A stretch of 64,000 bases of DNA from Octopus vulgaris (Eukaryota), in NCBI GenBank assembly GCA_951406725.2, contig OX597815.1, forward strand, positions 156,612,001 through 156,676,000, given 5' to 3'. The translations under genes and the position numbers were made by a program. Positions 53,006 through 64,000 of this stretch are shown here, in pieces (position 1 is the first letter of the stretch; each line of letters begins with the position of its first letter). The notes below the pieces were generated by a model. It was not told where the DNA came from and ran no database searches. It saw only the letters and a list, made by a program, of their open reading frames with translations.

Positions 53006-54582
53006 AGATACCAACTGTAAATGAAAAAGTCTATTTTTTAGTTACTTCTTTTAACGTGTAAATGCATTTTGATAGGCCTTGACAAATATCTTCGCCAAGG
53101 CTTTCAACAAATTTTTATAGAAGAATTTGATTAAACATTTTATACAGAGGTTAATTATCAAACTGTGACTGATGTTTATGTGGAATCTATAATTCATGCA
53201 AAATCATATTTATCAGGAACTAAGTAACCACACCTGAGTGGTATAGACACTTAACAAAAACAACTTTATTAGTCGCCTGAAGATTGGAACTAGTATCTCC
53301 GGGTAGCGACTACTTTAATTCAATTCAACTCTGAGTCAATATTACATTACACAAACGCACACACAAGACGAGAAAACGTTTAAGGTCTCCTTTAACTTTC
53401 GGCTTAAGTGGAATAATGACACTGCGAATAGATACCAAACTTGCTTCCGCATATAACTACTTTATAAATCTATAATGCAACTGTTTAGCACTTAAAGCAG
53501 ACAATTAGATAACAGCTTTCCAAAGCATCTAAGAGATCCAGTTAAACTGACTGCAACAAAGTTGTATGAATTATAGCTACATCGCCATCGTGATATTCCG
53601 CTGTCGAACTAGTTCAAGTTTTAACTATAAGTTATAACCAGACACACACATACACTCATATGTCTTCAGGTGTTTGTGCCCACCTGTGCTCATATATGAT
53701 GATAATTGTTTACGTATTTGTCATCTACACTGTTTACAGCAATACCTTACTGCCGTGGGGAAAATTCCGAAGTTTGAGAGAGGAGAAGCTTAACACTACC
53801 TCTAGAGTAAAATCAAAAACATTCTATATCTAACGACAGTCATTTTAAAACATTTGCATGAGATGATTTCTTCGTTGTAATTTACAGATTCAAAGAAAAA
53901 GTTTCAGTTAATTCTAAACCAATTTTCTACGTCATTCGACAGTGAGGAGACCATGTGTTCCGCGCTTCCTTTGTATCGTACAAGTTATAGCTATACAAGA
54001 TTACAGCTTCAGAAATTCAATGCATTGAGTTTTACTATACTTTATAATTTGCTTTAGTATTTGTCTTTGAATCTGTTTTTCTTTATGCATATTACTGTTA
54101 AATGTTTAAGGGATTAAACAGTATACAGTTGTATACGTCAAGTTTTTTCTTTCGATCAGTGTTTTCAGAATATATCCTTATCTGTAAATATCACCCACAA
54201 TATTCATGGTAGTTATGCAATTTATTTATGAATAAAATGCAATTTCTCCACATTTTTTATTACTTTTTTTTATTGACAGCGTACTGCCATGCGAGATATA
54301 TTTTGAAGTTTTAAAGAGAAAAATGTTTGTGTATATCCCCTACGAAGGAAGCCTAACTCGATGAGTGGGGTTTTGTAGCTCGCAATGACAGAGCTAGTGC
54401 ATATGTAAGTGTGTGCTTGGTCTTCGAAAGTGAAGACGAAGTTGATTGAATTGCCAAGATAATGCACCAAACATTTGTCCACAGGCTTGTCTTCGTAATA
54501 CATGGGAAATATATCGGGATGTTAATCTTTGGATTGTCATGAACTTTGAAGTACACTATGGCCAGGTTGTCAGCGCCTAGAT

Positions 54583-54765
54583 CAGGGGTCTCCAAAGTGG
54601 TTGATATCGACCCCTGGGGGTCGATGGGACAATTCAAGGAGGTCGATAAATGCACATATATTTAATTATTACTATTAATTTATTTTCATGTACATTCCAG
54701 GGACTCTATGAGGGGTCAAGGTTTCCATGAACGAGTCGATGGCCTGAAATCTTTGGGGACTCCTG
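54583..54765. mobile_element. hAT (Charlie-like) MITE with 8-bp TSD
   Basis: TIRs CAGGGGTCTCCAAAG / CTTTGGGGACTCCTG; TSD GCCTAGAT (54575-54582) and GTCTAGAT (54766-54773). Confidence 0.88.
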
Positions 54766-54972
54766 GTCTAGATGATCAAAAAAGATATTTAATCAGGTTG
54801 GGTCTCCATAGGCATTCGGGTTTTTATTATTCATGAATATCACAAGTCTATACAGGTATGCTTCATGAGAGGTGCAAAGAGGTAAACAATATGACAGGGA
54901 GATGGTCAAGACAGATATCCCAACTGTTACATATGTGAAAGTTGCACATGTCCTTCTGCTCTGAAGATCAAA

Positions 54973-55005
<33 letters not shown>

Positions 55006-55510
55006 TACAGACTAACAGACAGACAAACAGACAGGCAGTGAGAAAATCGTAATAGCGTAAAAAGAACCTAGATGCTATTGTTTCTAAAAATACTATCAGT
55101 TGCACCTTCGAAAAGACTCGCCACACCTTCAGTGCCAAAACCGAGAAACAAACGACGAGAAGTGGAGGACCAAAAGTCTGAGACAAGTTTTCTTGCAAGT
55201 AATACCAGCCTTTCATCATGTGACATTGGTTAACCATTGGTATATGGAGAGTGTAACACACCCTTGGAGAGATAGGAAAAAAATAAAAAAGAAGACAGAG
55301 CTAATGATCCAAATGTTTGGTGTACAAAACACATGAAAGGAACCACATCCAGCCACGGGACATGAGACGCACAGACATACGAAACGTTAGTGGACTTAGG
55401 AACAGTATGGCTCCAAACTCAACATTTGGTAATGTAAACAGGAAGAATAATAAAAAAAAATTCAAACTCGATGACAGTCGTGTCTTAAATTTTGAAGATA
55501 TATATACGTA

Positions 55511-56345
55511 CAGGTGGGGAAGTGAAACTTGGAATGTTTTGGAAGTCTTATTTTTCTCATATTACTGAGTGTAAATACTAAAATATTGTTTTCTATTTCA
55601 GGGTGGAGGTATATAGAGTTAATTCAAGCGGAGATTCTAGTTATACAGTCAAGCATGTCCGCTCATGAAACCAAGAGACAACGCATTGCAGATTTACTTT
55701 TTGCCGGGGTTGCAATTAGACGTATTACCGAGACTGTCAGGGCATCTGTGAGCACTGTTTACAAAGTTAAGAAGTGAATGCTGGACATGGGAGGCATCAA
55801 GAGAAAGCCAGGAAGTAGATGACATAAATGAAATCTATAATAATGCATTTCTTACATAATTTAAAGCCAAAATTTCGAAAGACCCAACAGCAGCCATGAG
55901 AAAACTGTTATTATGGACATGAAAGTTGATCGAAAGACCATCAGAACTACTGTACACACTGATTTACAGTTGGGGGTCATACGTGAGAACCCCGAGACAA
56001 CCATTGACCTATGCAATGAAAGGTAAAAGGCATGAACAGGCCAAAAAATGTGTTGCGATATCTGAAGCACAATGGAAAAAAAGATGCCCCTTCATTTTTT
56101 TTCAAGTGTGGGGAAAAGGTGGGGGCTGAAGTTTATTATAAAGTCTTGCAGTTTAAGGTTTTACTTTGGCTGAAGTCTAACTACCTCAACGGTAAATATG
56201 TGTGTACCAAAGATGTTGCTCCTACTTATACGTTGAAGGAATTGTAGAAATTCTGCGAAGACAACTTCACCGACTTTTTGGCCTGCCAACTTTTGGTTTT
56301 CTTCCAGCTCAGACTTGAAACCCCTGGACTAAGCCGTATGGGGAA
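55511..56345 (+). mobile_element. Tc1/mariner superfamily (maT/DD37D-like) transposon remnant
   Basis: TA-CAGGTG start; MSAHETKRQRIADLL..VSTVYKVKK HTH; KVGAEVYYKVL..WLK..DVAPTYT and a SSDLKPLD*AVWG motif. Confidence 0.75.
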
Positions 56346-56346
56346 A

Positions 56347-56400
<54 letters not shown>

Positions 56401-56410
56401 CGTGTGCGTA

Positions 56411-56623
56411 TGGAGGCGCATGGCTCAGTGGTTAGAGCTCCGGCAGTAGGTAATGGTGAACTTCTGCTGACTCTTTCGCCACAACTTTCTCTCACTCTTT
56501 CTTCCTGCATCTTGCAGCTCACCTGCGACGGACCGGCGTACCGTCCAGGTGGCGAACCTTTACGCCAAGGAAACCGGGAAACCGGCCCTTATGAGCAAGG
56601 CATGGCTCGATAAGGAACAAACA

Positions 56624-56625
<2 letters not shown>
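56411..56625 (+). mobile_element. Chimeric SINE: family C-like head and body with V-domain-like tail
   Basis: TGGAGGCGCATGGCTCAGTGGTTAG; CCACAACTTTCTCTCACTCTT shared with family C; then CCTGCGACGGACCGGCGTACCGTCCAGG and (AAAC)n. Confidence 0.7.
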
Positions 56626-56701
<76 letters not shown>

Positions 56702-56937
56702 TATACATAATAGAAATATTAAAATTACTAAGTCTCTCTAAAAGATAAAAAGGCAGCGTTCCCGGAAAATAATAGTTATCGCCATACTAATATGGCATTC
56801 TTATAAAAATAAGAATAAAGCTGTCCGCTTATTAGCTCCATGAGGCCATCGCCTTAAGTTAGCTATTTGATACACAAACTGTATCCATATAACCTTCGAA
56901 CAAGGGAGGTCAGTCGCTCCACACTACTTGACCGACA

Positions 56938-56979
56938 GCTACAGACGCGTTTCGGGGTATTGCCGATTTTCAATGTAGC
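56938..56979 (-). ncRNA. Minimal hammerhead motif, inverted copy with weakened stem II
   Basis: Minus strand GCTACA-TTGAAAA-TCGG caata CCCC-GAAAC-GC-GTC-TGTAGC. Confidence 0.6.
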
Positions 56980-57208
56980 GTAGTCAGACCAGTAGGTGTC
57001 GCTTCCGACAATCTCTATTCGAAGGTTTTATTTACCTAGTATGGCGATAACTATTATTTTCCGGGAACGCTGCCGTGTTCTCTTTTAGAGAGACTTAGTA
57101 ATTTTAATATTTCTATTATTGAAAACAAGTGGATGTATTCCACCGAAACTAGGTAAATAAAACCTTCGAACAGAGATTGTCGGAAGCGACACCTACTGGT
57201 CTGACTAC

Positions 57209-57250
57209 GCTACATTGAAAAGGGGCAATACCCCGAAACGCGTCTGTAGC
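57209..57250 (+). ncRNA. Minimal type I hammerhead ribozyme with U3-A8 core
   Basis: GCTACA-TTGAAAA-GGGG caata CCCC-GAAAC-GC-GTC-TGTAGC; perfect stems I and II and palindromic ACGCGT stem III; predicted cut after C57244. Confidence 0.78.
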
Positions 57251-58224
57251 TGTCGGTCAAGTAGTGTGGAGCGACTGACCTCCTTGTTCGAAGGTTATAT
57301 GGATACAGTTTGTGTATCAAATAGCTAACTTAAGGCGATGGCCTCATGGAGCTAATAAGCGGACAGCTTTATTCTTATTTTTATAAGAATGCCATATTAG
57401 TATGGCGATAACTATTATATATACATATATATATATATATTCGTAGATATATTCATTCAGAAATATAATGAAAGAGAGGTAGGGGAAAATAATAAATAAT
57501 ACACGAATCCAATTAAGATTGCTAATATAAACTGAGTTGGAAAGAAGTATTGTCATGAAGTTTTCGAAACGTACAGATTTTTCCATATTCTTCCTGATGG
57601 AACGTGCAATATGAATTAATATTTCAACTGTGTTGCATTTGAGTTGGGTGAGAAGCATAAAGAAACGAATGGCGAATATATAAAGGTAGACAGCATTGCC
57701 CAATCCACAAACATAATTTAGCATCAAAAGCCCAAATGTATACTCTATCTACTACCATTAACATGTTAACGGCTTCCATACCGACGGTTGTCGAATGAAT
57801 CAACACGGTGACTATGATGGTTTATCAAAGGATTGTTAGTCGGGTACCATCTCTACAAATTTTATGACTATACATTTCATTCCGCTGCATTTCTATACAT
57901 TTATTCATGATATTCATGATCATTAACAGATATCATTATACTGTGTGGCTTTCTCTACATTTAGTTTCCATACAAAAGCCTATAACATATTCATTCTTCG
58001 CGGGGATGGGGTCAGAATATAAGGGAGATATACGCCAAGTCGTCTTTCGAAAGTAAAACCAGTCACTGAAAAGTAAAAATGTATTTGCTTGCCCACATAC
58101 ATATATATATATATATATATATATGTATATGTATATATACATATATATATGTATATGTATATATATACATATATATGTGTATATATATATAGATATAGAT
58201 ATATATATGTATATATATATATAC

Positions 58225-58278
<54 letters not shown>

Positions 58279-58445
58279 TTCTACCAAATATATACGTTTT
58301 ATTTTTAATTTATTATTTTGCACATTATTTAATCATTGGTATCTGTTTTATCTTATGTTTAATCTTTCTATAAGATGTAATTTTTCTAAATGGTATAATT
58401 TCATTTTTCCCATTATTGAATTGATAAAAGGTGTTTTTTTTTCTA

Positions 58446-58514
<69 letters not shown>

Positions 58515-58518
58515 CGCT

Positions 58519-58571
<53 letters not shown>

Positions 58572-58597
58572 GTGTGTGTGTGTGAGTGTATGTATGT

Positions 58598-58645
<48 letters not shown>

Positions 58646-58768
58646 CGCGTATGTATGTATGCATGTACGAATGTATATATAATTAATGGAACGACAGGTG
58701 GAAAATGTCAAGAAGCATATTTAAAAATTTCAATAAATATTCTCCATCACACTTTCAAACTATTCAAT

Positions 58769-58807
<39 letters not shown>

Positions 58808-59141
58808 TATAGATATATATAATGGTACGTATAAAACATTGACTTCATTTCTACATGTCATTCGACATTCTGTTATATTTATGTATTATCACTCTGAGAT
58901 ATGAATTATACTTTGTGAAAGCTTTTACACAAAACAATACTCTCATTACGTCTATAAAATATTTAATAAGTCTGACTATTATTGCAAGCACACGCCTTTA
59001 TATCTATGTGTGTGCATTTCTGTGTGTGTCTATGTGTGTATACAGGTGAGCACAAAAGTGCAAAATACGGTGGAGATAATTGTACTCGAATACGGAGGAT
59101 AGAGTAATTTGCTTTTAGTAAAGCTGCAAAATTATCACAGA

Positions 59142-59180
59142 GTTGTTATCAGAGTTTCACGTTCCCGTTCGTCAGACAGT
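59142..59180 (-). ncRNA. Degenerate hammerhead motif
   Basis: Minus strand CTGT-CTGACGA-ACG ggaa CGT-GAAAC; the 3' side (triplet, stem I) is imperfect. Confidence 0.45.
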
Positions 59181-59294
59181 TGTGTTGGAAATATATATAT
59201 ATATATATATATACAATGAAACCTCGGTTGTCGAACAACTCTGTTTACGAATAAATCGTACTTTATCTCCTGTCTTTCTCGTATTCATTTGATA

Positions 59295-59548
<254 letters not shown>

Positions 59549-59553
59549 GCCTG

Positions 59554-59609
<56 letters not shown>

Positions 59610-59785
59610 TATGCGTGTATGTATGTATATACATATGTATGTATGAATGTATGTATGTATGCATGTATGTATGTATACACCAGTCACTTGTAATCGTACA
59701 CACACACACTCACACACACACCGCTCTGAGACTTTTTTCCCGTTTTATAAATTTCTCTGTAGTTCATCTACACGACCGTTTCCTT

Positions 59786-59836
<51 letters not shown>

Positions 59837-60373
59837 TCTCTATCTTTGTTCTCCTTTGAAATCCTTTTCTAGTCCCCTGTGCCATATTTTCGTTATTCTT
59901 TATTGCAGCGCTACGTAAGTTTTCCCCAGTCGCCATGTTCCTTATCATTCGACAACTGCTCTCTTTTAATTTCTTTATCTAATTCAGCTATTTATTTAAT
60001 TAATTATTTATTCATTTATCGTTTTTCGTATCAACACACCTTTTTAAAGTTTTCTCTTGATACCTACATTTCCAATCTTTATTCTATTTACCTAACTATC
60101 CTTGTTTGTATCTATCTTCCTATAGTTATATGTTTCTTACACATCTTTTCATCTCTGTATTTATCATATTTCTAGTTTTCTGTCTATATTTGTTTCGATT
60201 GTCTCTAGACGGTGCTTTTTCTCCCCACTCCAGTTACACCTTCTTCTACCTCCATCTGACAAGATGTCACAAGGCCACCCCTCCTTCTTTCTCATGCTGC
60301 TAATTCTTTTTCGAACTGACTGTTCACCTGATCAGTCACTTCTTTTTGCAGCTTCTGCTATATTTCAACGCTT

Positions 60374-60700
60374 AGGTCGCATGGCTCAGTTGGTAAAGCA
60401 TCAGGCTCGCAATCATGAGGTAGTGGGTTCGATTCTTGCATGGGGTTGTGTTCTTAAGCAAGATATTTTACTTCACGTTGCTCAAGTTCACTCAGCTGTA
60501 GAAATGAGTTGCAGCGTCGCTGGTGCCAAGCTGTACTGGCCTTTACCTTTCTCTTGGAAAATATCGGTTGCGAGGAGAAGGGAAGCTAGTATGGATGCGC
60601 AACTACTAGCCTTCCATAAAACAACATTGCCCAGACTTGTGCCTTGAAAGGTAACTTTCTAGGTGTAATCCCATGCTCTTTCATGATTGAAGGGAGTCCT
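60374..60700 (+). mobile_element. tRNA-derived CORE-type SINE (family D)
   Basis: TGGCTCAGTTGG (A box), GGTTCGATTC (B box), GTGTTCTTAAGCAAGAT..CACTCAGCTGTAGAAATG; its tail also occurs at 4484-4548. Confidence 0.8.
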
Positions 60701-61730
60701 TACTTTTTCACATATCTTCTTCTACAAGGTTGAAAGGTACACTACATTTCCTACGAGCATTACTTCGCACAATGTCTTCAGTTTATCACTTAGTCCAAAG
60801 TCATCCTACGTATATGTTTGGACGTTGTCTCATCCTGTATTTTTCCCATTTTCTTTACAACTTATCCATTTTTATCGTTCGGTCTTCCGACGTTATTTGT
60901 TCAATAACTGTTCTTGAGATATTTTCTCTTACTTTTTTATTGCGCCGTTCGTTTATCTCCCTACAACATTCGTAGTTGAGACCCCAAAAATTCACAATAT
61001 TATCGAAAAGTGCCAAAATGATATTAGATCGACTGATGACGGATGGAGCGGGCGTATGTCCGTTTGTGATATATACGTGTGCGCGCGCGCGTGTGCGTGT
61101 GTATATACAGAGATTAGTGTGTGGGTGTGTGTGTGTTAAGGAAAACTGCGGTTTATTACACTTTATTTTTCAGCTGGAAAGTTATTATCAATCGGAATAC
61201 GATTTCAAGTTGCTTCCAGAAACCCTTGAAACCCTCATGGTGCACAAGTTTTCTCTTTCCAAATTTGGCAAAAGTTAATAACCCCCGCGCGAGCACACAC
61301 ACACAGTAATCTGCGTGTCGATGTATGTCCTTGTGTGAACGTTAATAAATCTGCATGATGGAAAGTTTTATGTACGATAAAAGCCATTCTAACCCTCTTG
61401 ATAGGATCATAGCAAGGCCACGACTTCTAAACAAAACATGGCTGTTTTAGAATAATGAATCTCATCGTCGAACCGGTAGTTTAACCATTGGTAGGTGTTA
61501 AAACCTACTAACTAGAAATACACCAGCAGTGGCATGACTATGTCAAGTGATTCGAGCCGTTTAACATGGAACCGCTTTAATCTTTTATCCTTAGTGTACC
61601 TGCTTTGTAAACCGAAGCTGGAACAAACGAACAATAATGACAGCACCCAATTTACACTTTGGTTGTTGTTTAGCACCAGCTAAGCCCTGGAATTACGTGC
61701 AAAGACCTGATATGACAATCCAGACATTAA

Positions 61731-62130
61731 GGCAGGAGTGGCTGTGTGGTAAGTAGCTTGCTTACCAACCACATGGTTCCGGGTTCAGTCCCACTGCGTG
61801 GCACCTTGGGCAAGTGTCTTCTACTATAGCCTCGTCCCGACCAAAGCCTTGTGAGTGGATCTCGTAGACGGAAACTGAAAGAAGCCCGTTGTATATATAT
61901 GTTTGTGTGTGTGTGTGTGTGTGTGTGTTTGTGTTTGTCCCCCCAACATCGCTTGACAACCGATGCTGGTGCGTTTACGTCCCAGTAACTTAGCGGTTCG
62001 GCAAAATAGACCGATAGAATAAGTACTATGCTTACAAAGAATAAGTCCTGAGGTCGATTTGCTCGACTAAAGGCGGTGATCTAGCATGGCCGCAGTCAAA
62101 TGACTGAAACAAGTAAAAGAGTAAAAGAGT
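61731..62130 (+). mobile_element. SINE family A, full length
   Basis: GGCAGGAGTGGCTGTGTGG..GGTTCAGTCCC head, CACCTTGGGCAAGTG, internal (TG)n and (AGTAAAAG)n tail. Confidence 0.92.
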
Positions 62131-62311
62131 AAAATACCAAATATATAAAAAAAAAACTATATCTAAAGATTTACAGAGATGTACCTGCATAGCAAGTGAT
62201 TTGATCTGAGATCGTGTGCTGAAACGAAAACAATTGCAGCGTGGAAGGTGTTTGTAAGCCATTTAAGAAACACACAAAAGCCGTTCGATTCGCTTCAACA
62301 TTTCAGTTTAA

Positions 62312-62362
62312 TTTGTCAAAATATTTTCGTCGCTTTAAGACCGCGACCTGTTCACTGACAAA
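62312..62362 (-). ncRNA. Minimal type I hammerhead-like motif with G3-C8 core
   Basis: Minus strand TTTGTCA-GTGAACA-G-GTCGC ggtcttaaa GCGAC-GAAAA-TA-TTT-TGACAAA; 7-bp stem I, 5-bp stem II, palindromic AATATT. Confidence 0.68.
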
Positions 62363-63042
62363 AATCCGTGCAGCATCTGAGAAAGTAACAGTTAGTTCAT
62401 TATATATATGTACGTATGTATGTGTGTATGTATGCACGCATGTATGTATGTATGCATGTATGTATGTATGTACACCTGTGCGCCTGTGTGTATGTATGTA
62501 TGTATGAATGTATGTATGTATGTATATGCACGCATCAGAAAATATTATTTTTTTAAGCATAGAACAATAAATATTTAAGGAAGTAAATATTCTTTCGCAA
62601 ATAAAAAGCATTTGAAACCAAGTGAATGAGCCCGTAAATAGTTTAGCTGTCTCATTTTCTCTACAGCGAATTTACTTTATCAAAATGATAGTCGCTTTAC
62701 GACTAATTTTAATTTTCGTTCGAATTATCTTCACTTGTGAGTTCTTTTGATACTATGTTATTCAATTAAGTAAAATTAATTTGCAATAATAATTATAAAT
62801 ATCAAAACAGAAATTCTGAATCTCATAGAATATTTTCCATAAAATTTATTAATCCTTGAGAAATTTTTTTTTTTTTATCAGTCTACTTGACTTCCGTAAA
62901 ATTCGTTTTCATAATGTCTTAGAAAGTCAGAAGCACTGTCAGCTGTCATTCATGATGTTAATGTTAGTCTCCAGGGTTACACGAATGTTGTTTACAGTTT
63001 GTATTGAAAGAATTTATTTCAGAATGTCATTCAGTATGTGTG

Positions 63043-63114
<72 letters not shown>

Positions 63115-63313
63115 TATATATACATATATATATAAATACATACATATATATGCATATATATATACATATATATATACACACATATATATATAATATATAT
63201 ATATATACATATATATCCATATATATACATATATATGTACTTTTAAACATCACCTATACATGTGCATATATGTGTGCCCGTGCGCGCGCGCGTGTGTGCG
63301 TGCGTGAGTTTGT

Positions 63314-63352
<39 letters not shown>

Positions 63353-64000
63353 TGTGTGTGTGTGTGTGTCTTTTCTGTTTTCCTTCAACTGATGTAAATT
63401 TTATACAGTTTCCAAAAAGGGATACGACAAAATTAATGTAATATATGAAGTTTCCAAAAGCATGTTAATATGGCCAATAGCTAAATTTTTCAGAGTTGCA
63501 ATACAGTGGTTTCGAGCTATAAATACGTACTCTGGATTACAAGCGTTTATTGATGGAAAATATTCACTGATTTATAACTGATTTCTATAACTGGTATAAC
63601 TGATTTCTAGTAAAGGCCCAAGGCCATGAATTTTGCGTAGTCATGCAGTCGTTTAAATTGATTTTGTATTAGAAGGCTATTTTATTTTATCGACCATCGG
63701 AAGGACAAAGAGCAAAGTCCAACCGAGGTGGAATTAGAAGGCAGAATATGAAGGAACGTAACTATATACTGTAGTATTTTGTCCATCGCCCTATCATTTG
63801 TCAATCCAGCATCCTTATAGCAAATTTATTGGCTTGTAAGATTTGGAATATTGAATTTAACTCCTCAGCAATCCTGACGAAAGTAAATTGAAGCTGTAAT
63901 AAAGTAGAAAATAAATTCCTTACATGTCGCGTTTAACTTTGCCAGTAGATTACGGCCTGGATTATCATTACTGTTTGTAATTGATACTTTATGAGCATCG

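Larger units (their letters stand above)
56707..57418. mobile_element. pLTR/retrozyme-like element: inverted copy (56707-57040) joined to a circularly permuted 361-bp unit (57037-57418)
   Basis: TAGTATGGCGATAACTATTAT occurs at 57037 and 57398; the left block is the reverse complement of most of the unit; flanked by (TA)n. Confidence 0.82.

Overview
AT-rich, microsatellite-saturated eukaryotic DNA with no recognisable host-gene exon. The SINE families and (TA)n/(CA)n/(TACA)n load suggest a coleoid cephalopod, probably Octopus (inference). The window is a transposon graveyard: several tRNA-derived SINE families, R4/Dong-like RLE LINEs (one with a 516-codon open frame, inserted in a (TAA)n tract), CR1, RTE and Tx1-like fragments, a Gypsy remnant with LTR, mariner/Tc1 elements, hAT and pogo MITEs, Helitron-like elements and Penelope-like (RT/GIY-YIG) fragments. 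The most notable signal is a set of short non-coding repeats between (TA)n tracts that carry minimal type I hammerhead ribozyme folds. One is a 588-bp-period direct repeat and one is a 361-bp circularly permuted unit fused to its inverted copy. Their cores include compensated variants (U3-A8, G3-C8) and a U4C variant, pointing to a retrozyme/Penelope-pLTR-like system that may make circular RNA. All folds were read by eye. Most ORFs in the supplied track are microsatellite artefacts.
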